From: an uncultured Bdellovibrionales bacterium
Lineage (GTDB): Bacteria > Patescibacteriota > Minisyncoccia > Moranbacterales > UBA1568
Length of the DNA stretch: 64,000 nucleotides
Assembly (NCBI GenBank): GCA_964612055.1
Contig: CAZTBI010000001.1
Coordinates: 5,688-69,687 of the forward strand
Direction: 5' to 3'
Part shown: piece after piece, positions 8,205 to 17,903 of the stretch
Layout of the letters: each line of letters begins with the position of its first letter
Numbering within the stretch: the stretch's first letter is position 1
Made by a program: the position numbers and the translations under genes
The notes under the pieces: generated by a model
Database searches by the model: none
What the model was told of the DNA's origin: nothing
The model's input: the letters and a program-made list of their open reading frames with translations, nothing else

Positions 8205-9071
8205 ATGGAAACTTTTGCTTTTTCTGCGCTCGGCACGCAGTGGAGTATTCTCGTCGACCACGAACATTTTTTGGAGTCACATAAAAAAGCGATGCTCGAT
8301 GCTGTAGCGGTATTTGAGCGTCGCTTTTCTCGTTTTCTTCCAGAAAGTGAAGTGAATCAATTCCGAGAAGCATCAGCCGGAACGTACGTTGTTTCGGATG
8401 AATTTGCTTCGCTTTTGACTGCGGCTGATCGACTGCGGACACTGACTGGCGGTGTCTACGATCCAGCGGTGGGCGGATTGCTGGAACATGCTGGTTATGA
8501 TAAAGAGTACCGCATGGAACCGGACGAGGAAGTGGAGAACTACGCGCTGCCTCAGTGGTCACTGTCTGAAAAGAAAATCACGATCGGTGGTCCGGTTGTT
8601 TTCGATTTCGGTGGTATCGGCAAAGGATACTGTATCGATCTCGTAGCCGAACTTCTGAAAAAACAGGGGTACACATATTTTCTGGTGGAGGGAGGGGGTG
8701 ATATGTATGGCACGACCAAGCGTGATGGCAGTGCGTATCGGATCGCTCTGGAGTGGCCAGGGAAGCCCGATACGGCCTTTGGGGTAGTCGAGCTTAGGAA
8801 TCAGGGCGTGGCGGTCTCAGATAGCTTCAAACGACGTTGGCCCGCTTCGGCGAAGGCCGGCCGAGACGAGAAGAACTGGCATCATATTATCGATCCCCAA
8901 TCAAAAAAACCGATCGAACAAGTCGTCGGTTGCACAGCGCTGGCTCAGACAGCCTTTGCGGCAGATTGTATGACTTCTGCTTTGTTCCTCTCTTCTTTTG
9001 AGAAATACCCTGGACTTTCAGAACAGCTCCAGGCAGAGTATGTGGTCTTCAGGCAGGATGGTGTGGTGTAG
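8205..9071 (+). CDS. apbE: FAD:protein FMN transferase ApbE (3' end possibly frameshifted)
   Basis: FSRF..SEV, T.G.YDP.VG, DFGGIGKGY, EGGGD, HHIIDP, AD...SAL. Confidence 0.9.
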   Translation: METFAFSALGTQWSILVDHEHFLESHKKAMLDAVAVFERRFSRFLPESEVNQFREASAGTYVVSDEFASLLTAADRLRTLTGGVYDPAVGGLLEHAGYDKEYRMEPDEEVENYALPQWSLSEKKITIGGPVVFDFGGIGKGYCIDLVAELLKKQGYTYFLVEGGGDMYGTTKRDGSAYRIALEWPGKPDTAFGVVELRNQGVAVSDSFKRRWPASAKAGRDEKNWHHIIDPQSKKPIEQVVGCTALAQTAFAADCMTSALFLSSFEKYPGLSEQLQAEYVVFRQDGVV

Positions 9072-9127
9072 AGGTCAGCCGAAACTGGCTAGGAGAGCTT
9101 TTTTAGACATAAAAAAAGACCCACAGG

Positions 9128-9199
9128 GGTGGCCAGAGGGAATCGAACCCTCATTCATGGTACCACAAACCATTGTCCTGCCATTGAACGATGGCCACC
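9128..9199 (-). tRNA. tRNA-His(GTG)
   Basis: G-1:C73; anticodon arm atggt-TT GTG GT-accat. Confidence 0.93.
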
Positions 9200-9222
9200 C
9201 CTCTAAGTCTTTTTATCCTCTG

Positions 9223-9294
9223 TGCCCTCGGTTGGAATCGAACCAACATCAACGGCTTAGAAGTCCGCGGCTCTATCCATTGAGCTACAAGGGC
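9223..9294 (-). tRNA. tRNA-Arg(TCT)
   Basis: Cloverleaf; anticodon loop CT TCT AA. Confidence 0.92.
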
Positions 9295-9313
9295 GTCTCC
9301 AAATTTCTGAGGG

Positions 9314-9386
9314 TGGGTGTAGCAGGATTCGAACCTGCGACCGTTGGCTTAAGAGGCCACTGCTCTACCAACTGAGCTATACACCC
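9314..9386 (-). tRNA. tRNA-Lys(CTT)
   Basis: Cloverleaf; anticodon loop CT CTT AA; promoter TTGACT-17-TACAAT upstream. Confidence 0.93.
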
Positions 9387-9639
9387 TCTATTCAAAGCAA
9401 AAAACGTCGCTTTGGAACGTGTGTCGATTGTAACAAAAAGGCAAGAGTGAGTCAATAAAAATGGAAGGGGCTCGCAAGTGGTGTTCTTGCGAGCCCGGTT
9501 GAGAACCGACACGAGGTCGGGTGAATGGAAGGCGAGGTTCTTCCTCGCGGTCCGTCAGGTGACGCCGGTCGAAGCAGCGTTCTGGCGGTCCAGCGGCTGG
9601 ATTGCCGCAGGCTTCATCTTGGCCATGGCCCAGCGCGGG

Positions 9640-9801
9640 TTAGGCCGGCGCCGCGGTGGCCGTGCCCTGGTGCGGGCCGGCGCCGATCAGCGTGTTGTCG
9701 AAGTTCATGGCGGCCATCGGCACGCCCAGCAGGTCGATCGTGGAGCAGTTCACCGAAGCGGTATGGACAGGGGAGGTCCTTAGAGTCCGGTTGGAGCGCA
9801 T
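9640..9801 (-). CDS. GC-rich orphan peptide (53 aa, MRSNRTLRTSP...)
   Basis: GAGGTG SD; promoter TTGACA-17-TATAAA near 9998-9970; terminator 9468-9496. Confidence 0.4.
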   Translation of the reverse strand: MRSNRTLRTSPVHTASVNCSTIDLLGVPMAAMNFDNTLIGAGPHQGTATAAPA

Positions 9802-9995
9802 AGCGCACCTCACTTTCTTTGCAAAGTTGATGACACCACAACGAATACCACGAGGGTCTATCAGTGACCAATGCGGTTCCCGAAGCGGCAGGGTAGACAC
9901 CAAACATGATATCCATTCTGCCGCCTAGGAATCTAAAAACCTCTGAAATCGTCTTAAAGAGCTAAATACTTTTATACACCCAAAGAGTATTTTTG

Positions 9996-11288
9996 TCAAG
10001 GGTGGATAGCCTTGTAATCTTTCCACTGTTTTTCGGACCAATCTTTGGGTTTAGTGGTGTAGATAGTCTCTTGGCCTGGGTGCGGGAAGAGGCTTGGAGA
10101 CTTATAGTTACTCCAGAAGCTGTCACGGATGAAGTTTTGGCCGGTAGCGTTGTTTACTTCTTGGGTGAAGACGGTTTTCATGCTGCCATCTGGGTTCCAG
10201 GCGAGGATATGGGGACCATCGACAGCAACGGTACGACCATCTCTTGTTCCGAAGAAGCGGAAAGTGAGGTCATAGCCATCAATACTCGATTGCATGAGGA
10301 TATAACCAGGAGTGTTATTCATGAATGCTAGGTCAGGCTTCGGGATATAGATGGTGGCGTCCATGCCGTAGGGTTTGTAGTACTGGACCGGGTAGGCATG
10401 ATTGCGGCGCTCGGTGATCTTGAGGCCGCTATAAATAGCGGCACGAAAAACAGTGCTTGAGACTTGGCAGATACCGCCACCGAATTCTGGAGTGGTCTGA
10501 TTGTTCTTGATGACGAGCTCTGGCAGGTAGCCATGTTCGCCGTCGACTTCGCCCAGGTAGTCAACAAAAGAGAATTCTTGGCCGGGAGCGATCAGGATAT
10601 TTTGAAATTGCTGTAAAGCACGATTGATATTGTAGATACGGTTCTTCGGGGAGCCTTTGAAGTTGGTTTTCCCCTCGCCGACCAATTCTTTCAGGCCCAA
10701 ACGTTCCCGGTCAGTGCTGACGATGGTCGGTTTGGCGACTTCGGTCGGAAGTGTCAGGGATAGCGAGAGGTTGTTTGTATTTTCTCCGAGGAGGGTATGG
10801 AGGATAAGGGCTGTGCTTTCGTTTTCATCAAGCAAGCGACCGAGTTTTTCTGGCTCGCTCACGATAATCTGATTCTCTGGTCCGACTCCAAAGATGGCAT
10901 CTTTTGGTTCTTGGTTGATCTGTGGAGCGAGCGTGGCAACAAAGCTGCGGATATTCTCTTCATTTACGGTTTTCACCGAGCGGATCGCCATGTGTTCTCG
11001 AGCTCCGCGAGAAAGAGAGAAGACGCAGTACAGAGCGTCGGTCGGACAGTAGCTGGTATCCTCTATTTCTGAAGGAACTGTATTCCCCGCGACCAGTTGT
11101 GTATCGGTTTGAAACCAAGAAGCAAAATCAGAAGCAGCCAGAGTTTGCTTGTAGTCAGAAGCAATGATTTCTATAGACAGGGGACCGCGATCAATGGCTC
11201 CGTGCGCAGCAGGAGAGAATGAAAAAGCTCCCGCGGCCAGACCGAGGAATGTCAAGGAGAGTAAAGAAGTAGAACGAAAAGAGGTCAT
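9996..11288 (-). CDS. VanW family protein with peptidoglycan-binding-type region
   Basis: FGGGICQVSSTVFRAA, ERRNH, GMDATIY motifs; start trimmed to MTSFRS because the ORF-track start overlaps hsp20. Confidence 0.88.
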   Translation of the reverse strand: MTSFRSTSLLSLTFLGLAAGAFSFSPAAHGAIDRGPLSIEIIASDYKQTLAASDFASWFQTDTQLVAGNTVPSEIEDTSYCPTDALYCVFSLSRGAREHMAIRSVKTVNEENIRSFVATLAPQINQEPKDAIFGVGPENQIIVSEPEKLGRLLDENESTALILHTLLGENTNNLSLSLTLPTEVAKPTIVSTDRERLGLKELVGEGKTNFKGSPKNRIYNINRALQQFQNILIAPGQEFSFVDYLGEVDGEHGYLPELVIKNNQTTPEFGGGICQVSSTVFRAAIYSGLKITERRNHAYPVQYYKPYGMDATIYIPKPDLAFMNNTPGYILMQSSIDGYDLTFRFFGTRDGRTVAVDGPHILAWNPDGSMKTVFTQEVNNATGQNFIRDSFWSNYKSPSLFPHPGQETIYTTKPKDWSEKQWKDYKAIHP

Positions 11289-11361
11289 AGAGAGAAAAAG
11301 GAACGCCGACCCCATCGAAACGGAACCGGCGAAAGACATATCCCGCAGAAGATGGGCCGCT

Positions 11362-11892
11362 TTAGAATCCGCGTACCTGTATTTTTTTAGTCTTGGTGGT
11401 GTCAGCTTTCGGGAGACGAATCGTGAGAATACCGTTTTTGAGAGAGGCGTCAGCCTTTTCTGGAATAACATCGACTGGCAGGAGGACGGAGCGGGAGAAA
11501 GATCCCCAGTAACATTCTTGATAGTAATAGTTTCCATTTTCTACCACTTCCTCGTTCTTGCGCTCGCCTTTGACGGTCACCATATCATTGTTGATCGAAA
11601 CATCGAGATCTTCTGGTTTTACTCCAGCGATAGTCGACTTGATGACGATATCGTTTTCGGTCTGGTAGACATCGATGGTCAGTTGTCCTTCGGCGCCATC
11701 GCTATCGTTTTGAGGGAAGGATGATTGAGCCCAGGACTCTTCTTCTCGGACAGCAAAAGATGTCGGTTCCTCTCGCATAACAACAGGAGACTCCTCTTCT
11801 TCGGTATAGACAGGGACCTCATTGAAATCGCTCCCTTCGACACTATTGGCGCCAGTCAGGCGTTCGAAGAAGGACTTTTTTTGTTTTGTCAT
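11362..11892 (-). CDS. Hsp20/alpha-crystallin small heat shock protein
   Basis: IDVYQT, GVKPEDLDV, ECYWGSFSRSV.LP, LKNGILTIRLPK. Confidence 0.93.
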   Translation of the reverse strand: MTKQKKSFFERLTGANSVEGSDFNEVPVYTEEEESPVVMREEPTSFAVREEESWAQSSFPQNDSDGAEGQLTIDVYQTENDIVIKSTIAGVKPEDLDVSINNDMVTVKGERKNEEVVENGNYYYQECYWGSFSRSVLLPVDVIPEKADASLKNGILTIRLPKADTTKTKKIQVRGF

Positions 11893-11968
11893 AAGGTCAT
11901 CAATTTAGGAATAATCGTCTTTAGTATAGAGTATTTCCGGGGATGGCGCAAGAAAGAGAAAATATGCC

Positions 11969-12457
11969 CTACCACAGGCCAAAAGAGAGAGTGATATTGT
12001 AGATCAAGTGGAGGGCAAAGGCGAGGCCAAGAGGAAGAAAAAACCTTCCCAAAGGGCGGCCAGCCTCGTTTTTCAGGAAGAAAAGAATGATCAGGCTGGT
12101 TGCGATATGGAGGAGGGCGGTGGCGAGGATACGTAAGAGGTCACTTTGGGCAGGGTTTCCAGAAAGGGCAAAAGCTACTTCGATAGTAGCAAAGCCAGCT
12201 CCAAAAAAGAATCCGATGACAAGAAGCTTGAGGGTGTCGAGAGTGATGCCTGCGAAGAAGCGGGCGAGGTATTTTCTGACAAAAAGATATTTCGACCCTT
12301 CTTCGATGAGGGCGGCGGTAGCTAGAATACCGAGATTGGAAAAGTCAAAAGCAAGAGAAGAATAGTCATGGAGACTGGAAAGATTGAGCACGACCAGTTC
12401 TACGACGAGCGCAAAGCTTGCGGCGAGTAGTCCGAAAATGAACACGGTTAGGGGCAT
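11969..12457 (-). CDS. PrsW family intramembrane metalloprotease-like protein
   Basis: IEEGSK, GAGFATIE, LLH, LHLIYN motifs. Confidence 0.75.
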   Translation of the reverse strand: MPLTVFIFGLLAASFALVVELVVLNLSSLHDYSSLAFDFSNLGILATAALIEEGSKYLFVRKYLARFFAGITLDTLKLLVIGFFFGAGFATIEVAFALSGNPAQSDLLRILATALLHIATSLIILFFLKNEAGRPLGRFFLPLGLAFALHLIYNITLSFGLW

Positions 12458-12461
12458 ATTT

Positions 12462-15059
12462 TTATGAGACGAGAGCGTCTAAGTACTTGCCAAGCTCAGT
12501 GATCTTTTGTTCGGTTTCAGTCAGGCTCGCGCGGTTTTGTTCCAGGATATGGGCCGGTGCTTTGGCGGTGAAGTTTTCATCTCCGAGACGTTTCTCGATA
12601 CCAGATTTGTATTTTTCAGCCGATTCTTTTTCTTTGGTCAGGCGGATACGTTCTTTCTCGATATCAATCAGGCCACTCAAGTGGACGAAGACCGAAGTCG
12701 CGCCACTTCCGATGCGGGCGGTTTCTTTCGGTTGTGTCTCATCATCAGTGATCACGACTTCTTCGATACGGGCGAGACGTTCGATGAGAGGGACGTATGA
12801 CTCCCAGTCGGATTTTTTACCGACAATGGTGAGCCATGGTTTTTCTCCTGGATCGACGTGGTAAATAGCTCGGACGTTTCTGATTTTCTGGATCAGTTCG
12901 ATGATTGATTGGAAGGCGGTATCCGTTTCGATCTTTTCTTCACTCTTTGGCCAAGGCGCTACCATGAGCAGTGTTTTCTCATTCGGGTAGAGCGACTGGA
13001 AGAGGGCTTCGGTCACAAAGGGCATGAAGGGGTGCCAGAGCTTCAAAAGCTCATTCCAGACAGCGATCAAGACGGCGTCATTTTTCTCAATCTTGTGAAT
13101 CTCGACGTACCAATCGGCATATTCGTTCCAGGTGAAATCGCGAAGGGTTTCTGCGGCGAGGGAAACATTGAAACTTTCGAGATGACGGGTCACTTCAGCA
13201 CGTGTCGCAGCGAGGCGTGACAGAATCCATTGATCAGCTGGTGAGAGTACTTCCTTTCTGAGAGCGACCTTTTCCCATACTACATTTTCTTCGGCGGAGG
13301 CAGTAGTGACGTAGCGGCCGATATTCCAAAGTTTGTTGGCAAAGTTGCGGAACGATTCTACTTTCTTGAAGGAAAGGGGAATATTGTTGCCTGGAGCATT
13401 GCCGGTGATGAGGGCCATACGGAGAGCATCGGTGCCGTACTGTTCGATCAGGTCATTTGGACTGATGACGTTGCCTTTGCTCTTACTCATCTTTTGGCCG
13501 TGTTCGTCATTGACGAGGCCGTGGAGATAAACATGTCGAAAAGGAATTTCTTTCTTGAGATACAAACTGAAGATGACCATGCGAGGAACCCACTTGAAAA
13601 TGAGATCATGTCCTGTTTCCATGACGGTGGTTGGGTGGTAGGTGGCAACATCAGAGGAATCTGGATAGCCAAGTGACAGAAGCGGCCACTGTCCGGAAGA
13701 GAACCAGGTATCAAAGGTATCAGTCTCAGCGACGATTTCGCCACCACAGCTGCAGGTGTCTCCGGCTTTGGCATCGATATAGCCAATGTTACAGGTGGTG
13801 CAGTACTGGGCCGGAATCGGAATACCCCAAACAATCTGACGGGAGATGTTCCAGTCGATAGTGTTTTCCATCCAGTAGGTAAAAATCTTTTCGTAGTTCT
13901 TGGGATGAAACTCGATTTCCTTGTTATCACGTACGGCCTGGAGCGCGAGTTCGGCGAGCGGCTTCATTTTCACGAACCACTGGTCGCGAGCTTGCGGCTC
14001 GATGACGGTCTCGCACTTGTAACAGACCTTCTTGGTGTTCGTATAATTTTCGTCGATTTTTACGAGGAGACCTTTCTTTTCGAGCTTTGCCACGATTTTT
14101 TCGCGTGCTTCATCGATGCTCATACCAGAAAATTCTTCGGCAATAGGGAGGAGCTTCCCTTGTTCATCGATGATCTGCTCGCTCTCGAGATGGTATTTTT
14201 GCGCTAATTCATAGTCGACTTGGGAATGCCAGGGAGTGATAGTCATGACACCGGTGCCGAAAGTCATATCCATGACTGGATCTTTGATGATGGTAGCTTC
14301 GATCGGACCATTGATCCATTCGACTGTCAGTTTGTCACCATGTTTGTAGGCAGCATAGCGCTCGTCATCGGGATGCGTGACGACATACTTATCGCCAAAT
14401 TTTGTTTCAGGGCGAACAGTGGCGATATCGAAAGGGCCATACTTGAAGTAGTAGAGTTTGGAGACAGCCTCCTTAGTTTCGGTCTCGACATCAGAAAGTC
14501 CGGTTTGGTGCTTCGAACACCAGTTGACGATACGCTTTCCTCGATAGACCAAGCCGTCTTGGAACATCTTGTGGAAGGTCTCTTGTACGACGGCGACAAT
14601 CTTTGGATCAAGGGTAAAAGCATTACGGCTCCAATCACAACTGGCGCCGAGCTTACGGAGATCACTTTCCATGTACTTTTTATTTTCCATGGTGAAGTCG
14701 TAGATCTCCTGATAGAGGTCTTCACGTGAGAGATCGAAGCGGGATCGGCCTTCTTTCTCGAGTTTCTTTTCGTATACTACTTGGGTTTCGAAACCAGCAT
14801 GGTCAGCGCCTGGCACCCAGAGCGCCTTTTTCCCGTTCATACGATGAAAACGAGTGAAGATATCTTCGATGGTGACGAAAAGGGCGTGACCAGCGTGCAA
14901 ACGGCCGTTGGCGTTTGGCGGCGGCATGATAATCGAAAAGGCCTCGGTGCGATCACCGGGCAGATTGTCTGGATTGAAAAAACCGCTCTTCTCCCACTGG
15001 GCGTAGAGTTTTTCTTCCCAATCTTTGGCAGTGTAGGTTTTTGGGATTTCTTTGTCCAT
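12462..15059 (-). CDS. valS: Valine--tRNA ligase
   Basis: PPPNANGRLHAGH, DTWFSS, KMSKS, C-terminal coiled coil. Confidence 0.97.
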   Translation of the reverse strand: MDKEIPKTYTAKDWEEKLYAQWEKSGFFNPDNLPGDRTEAFSIIMPPPNANGRLHAGHALFVTIEDIFTRFHRMNGKKALWVPGADHAGFETQVVYEKKLEKEGRSRFDLSREDLYQEIYDFTMENKKYMESDLRKLGASCDWSRNAFTLDPKIVAVVQETFHKMFQDGLVYRGKRIVNWCSKHQTGLSDVETETKEAVSKLYYFKYGPFDIATVRPETKFGDKYVVTHPDDERYAAYKHGDKLTVEWINGPIEATIIKDPVMDMTFGTGVMTITPWHSQVDYELAQKYHLESEQIIDEQGKLLPIAEEFSGMSIDEAREKIVAKLEKKGLLVKIDENYTNTKKVCYKCETVIEPQARDQWFVKMKPLAELALQAVRDNKEIEFHPKNYEKIFTYWMENTIDWNISRQIVWGIPIPAQYCTTCNIGYIDAKAGDTCSCGGEIVAETDTFDTWFSSGQWPLLSLGYPDSSDVATYHPTTVMETGHDLIFKWVPRMVIFSLYLKKEIPFRHVYLHGLVNDEHGQKMSKSKGNVISPNDLIEQYGTDALRMALITGNAPGNNIPLSFKKVESFRNFANKLWNIGRYVTTASAEENVVWEKVALRKEVLSPADQWILSRLAATRAEVTRHLESFNVSLAAETLRDFTWNEYADWYVEIHKIEKNDAVLIAVWNELLKLWHPFMPFVTEALFQSLYPNEKTLLMVAPWPKSEEKIETDTAFQSIIELIQKIRNVRAIYHVDPGEKPWLTIVGKKSDWESYVPLIERLARIEEVVITDDETQPKETARIGSGATSVFVHLSGLIDIEKERIRLTKEKESAEKYKSGIEKRLGDENFTAKAPAHILEQNRASLTETEQKITELGKYLDALVS

Positions 15060-15100
15060 GCCTCTCACGATAGCAGAGAAAAGCCTGAGATTCAAGGACT

Positions 15101-15844
15101 TTAGCCCCTCTTTGTGCCCTTTTTCAGTTTTTTGAAGTTGAAGAGCGGGGCGAAAAGATCGTCTCCGAGGGCGGGCTTGAAATAGGTAAGTTCTTTCTTT
15201 GTTGGAGAGCTTGGTGAAAATTTTACGAAGGGGATATCATTTACGAGAGCGAGCGGTGTCTGCTCATCACCCTCGCCCATAGTCAGGGAGGCAGCGGTCG
15301 CGAGCGCATCGACGTGGTTGGCGTGTGAAGTAAAGAGTGTGCCAAAGATATCAGGGACATGTTCGTAGCCTTTGAGTCCCTCGAAACCGCTCCAGCCAAT
15401 AGCGACCCCAGTGACACCGCGCCGTAGGGGACTGGAATGGCTGTCGACGATAACAACACCGGCTTGTTTAGTGCCAAAACGTTTCACGAGATAGGAGCGA
15501 ACTTTTCTGGCAGTAGCGTAACTATCTTTGGGAAGGAGAGAATAGTAGCCTCCAGTATTGGAAGCGTCCATGCCAGCGCGTGCGATGAAGGCGTTATCTT
15601 TGATGGTGAGAGCAACGCCGTAGCGACTCGCTTGTTTCGGTAAGTAGTAGTCAGCTTCTTGTTTCAGGGTGCCTTCGCTTATTTTTTCGAGCGGGACAAT
15701 GCGTCCTTCACAGAGCGCAACAATTTTTGAGGTGATGACCAAAATTGATCGCTCGGGAAATTTCTTGAGACTGCGATCAAGGAGCGCGGTCAGTGTTGTT
15801 GAGCGTGGCAAGACCTTTTCAGTTTTGATGGGCGTTATCTTCAT
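15101..15844 (-). CDS. CofE-like gamma-glutamyl ligase (F420-0:L-glutamate ligase family)
   Basis: ITSKIVALCEGR, AGMDASN, VDSHSSPLRRG, MGEGDEQTP. Confidence 0.85.
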   Translation of the reverse strand: MKITPIKTEKVLPRSTTLTALLDRSLKKFPERSILVITSKIVALCEGRIVPLEKISEGTLKQEADYYLPKQASRYGVALTIKDNAFIARAGMDASNTGGYYSLLPKDSYATARKVRSYLVKRFGTKQAGVVIVDSHSSPLRRGVTGVAIGWSGFEGLKGYEHVPDIFGTLFTSHANHVDALATAASLTMGEGDEQTPLALVNDIPFVKFSPSSPTKKELTYFKPALGDDLFAPLFNFKKLKKGTKRG

Positions 15845-16938
15845 ATCAGATCTTGCAGGGGGAGGTTAGCGTTTGGTTCGAGGGCGGCATAGGATTCTTT
15901 GAGCGCTGCACGATCATTTTCGTTCATGCGTTCGTAGCGGAGCGCAGCCGCGATAGCGATCATAGCGGCATTGTCGAGTGAGTAAGAGAATTCTGGAGTG
16001 AGGAATTGGGTGTTCGGAAACTGTTCGTTGATCAAGCCCTGGAGTCTTTCGCGTAGCCTTACATTGGCGGAGACGCCGCCAGCGATGACAAAAGTTTCTG
16101 GCGAATAGAGTGCGATAGCCTTTTTTGTTTTGCCAGCCAAGACATCGACGACAGCTTCCTGGAATTCGTGGCAGACTTGGTCAATGAATGTTTCATCTTT
16201 CTTTTGTTCTTCGTGTTTTTTGAGAAAGTAGAGGACGGAAGTTTTCAATCCTGAGAAAGAAAAATCAAAATTGTCGGCATCGAGCATCGGGCGAGGAAAG
16301 GAAAATGTTGATGCAGTGCCAGGGTGTTGTAATCGGAAGCTGTCAGCTCTCTTGGCAACGATGGGTCCGCCAGGATAATCGAGACCGAGCATTTTGGCGA
16401 CTTTGTCGAACGCCTCACCGGAAGCGTCATCTTGCGTTTCGCCGAGGATCTCGTAGGTGAAATGATTGTTCATGAGAACGAGTTCGGTGTGGCCACCAGA
16501 AACGACCAAAGCGAGAAGTGGAAAACGCAGTTCAGCATTTTCTTTGAGTAAGTTAGCATAGATGTGGCCTTCCAAGTGCTGGATGCCGATGAGGGGTTTT
16601 TCCCAGAGAAGCGCCAGGAGTTTGGAAGCTGTGACTCCGATGACGAGGGCTGGCATGAGACCAGGGCCTTCGGTGACTGCGATGAGATCAATGTCGGCTG
16701 GAGAGAGCTTGGCTCGATCCAGGGTTTCTTCGACGACGGGGACGATGTTCCGGATATGTTCCCGTGAAGCCAAATCAGGCACGACCCCGCCCCATTTGGC
16801 ATGGAGAGAGGCTTGGGAGGAAACGGTATTGGCGAGGACGGTAGCTTGTGTGCCGCCCGCCTCGGCTTGAGACGGGTTCCAGTCGACGATAGCCGCTGCT
16901 GTCTCATCGCAGGATGTCTCGATGGAGAGGACTTTCAT
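15841..16938 (-). CDS. tsaD: tRNA N6-adenosine threonylcarbamoyltransferase TsaD
   Basis: IETSCDET, HLEGH, VSGGHT, GEAFDK, DNAAMI. Confidence 0.97.
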   Translation of the reverse strand: MKVLSIETSCDETAAAIVDWNPSQAEAGGTQATVLANTVSSQASLHAKWGGVVPDLASREHIRNIVPVVEETLDRAKLSPADIDLIAVTEGPGLMPALVIGVTASKLLALLWEKPLIGIQHLEGHIYANLLKENAELRFPLLALVVSGGHTELVLMNNHFTYEILGETQDDASGEAFDKVAKMLGLDYPGGPIVAKRADSFRLQHPGTASTFSFPRPMLDADNFDFSFSGLKTSVLYFLKKHEEQKKDETFIDQVCHEFQEAVVDVLAGKTKKAIALYSPETFVIAGGVSANVRLRERLQGLINEQFPNTQFLTPEFSYSLDNAAMIAIAAALRYERMNENDRAALKESYAALEPNANLPLQDLI

Positions 16939-16985
16939 AGTGTTCTTACTCTACCGAGAGTGGGGGAAAATGGCAAGAATTGAGT

Positions 16986-17810
16986 CTAACCGAGAGAAGC
17001 TTTTTTCACTGTGATCCTTTGTCCGAAGAACTGACTGCCGAGATGCTGAAATTTTTCGGTACGATCAGTAGAATAGAAGGTGCGGGTATGATTTTTACCA
17101 AGTTTTATTTCTATCTCAGGATGGCGTTTCAAATAATCTCGAAGTTTTCTCGCTACCACCGATGTCTCAGAGATGATGGCGATATTTTTCCCAACAATGT
17201 CTCTGATCTTTTTTTCGAGGATACCGTAGTGAGTGCAACCAAGAATGAGAGCATCAATCTTTTTCTTGAGGAGAGGTGTGAGATATTTTTGCAGAACAGC
17301 CCCTACTACCTCTCCACGATGTTCGCCAGCTTCTACTATGGGGACGAGGAGGGGACAGGGATTCTGGAAGACCTGAATTTTTGGATCGAGTTTTCGGAGT
17401 TCTCGGACGAAGGCTTTGGAGGCGACAGTTTGTTCGGTAGCGATGACACCGATTTTCTGATTCCTTGTTTTGGTGACAGCTGCTTCTGCGGCTGGAATAA
17501 TGACCCCAAGGACTTTTTTGTTGGGGTGAAAATTTGGGAGATATTCTTGTTGGATGCGACGGAGCGCCTCACTGGAAGCTGTGTTGCAGGCAAGAATGAC
17601 GAGATCGCAATCTTTTGAAAAAAGAAAATCAACCGCTTGGCGCGTGAATTCGTAAATGACTTCTTGAGAACGCGAACCATACGGAGTACGAGCCGTGTCT
17701 CCGAGATAGGTATAGTTGTACTCGGGTAATTCTTTCACCAGCCCGCGCAGGATAGTCAGTCCGCCGAACCCCGAATCAAACACCCCGATAGATTTCTTTT
17801 TCTTGGACAT
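16986..17810 (-). CDS. murI: Glutamate racemase
   Basis: FDSGFGG, PYG, ACNTA, LGCTHY. Confidence 0.96.
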   Translation of the reverse strand: MSKKKKSIGVFDSGFGGLTILRGLVKELPEYNYTYLGDTARTPYGSRSQEVIYEFTRQAVDFLFSKDCDLVILACNTASSEALRRIQQEYLPNFHPNKKVLGVIIPAAEAAVTKTRNQKIGVIATEQTVASKAFVRELRKLDPKIQVFQNPCPLLVPIVEAGEHRGEVVGAVLQKYLTPLLKKKIDALILGCTHYGILEKKIRDIVGKNIAIISETSVVARKLRDYLKRHPEIEIKLGKNHTRTFYSTDRTEKFQHLGSQFFGQRITVKKASLG

Positions 17811-17903
17811 AGTAGGTTTCAGTAGTTCTTTCTTAGAGTATCGTACATCAGGAAAAAACAAAAATCCCTGCCTCTCGCAGGGATTTTGTAAGGACTTGTG
17901 GTA

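Noticed and set aside
11289-11537. ORF-track N-terminal extension of VanW (513 aa)
   Set aside because: It overlaps hsp20 in another frame; the signal-peptide-like start at 11288 is more plausible.
16980-17618. 212-aa + strand ORF and many similar antisense ORFs over valS, recG, clpC and pil genes
   Set aside because: Shadow frames of well-supported genes, with no motifs of their own.
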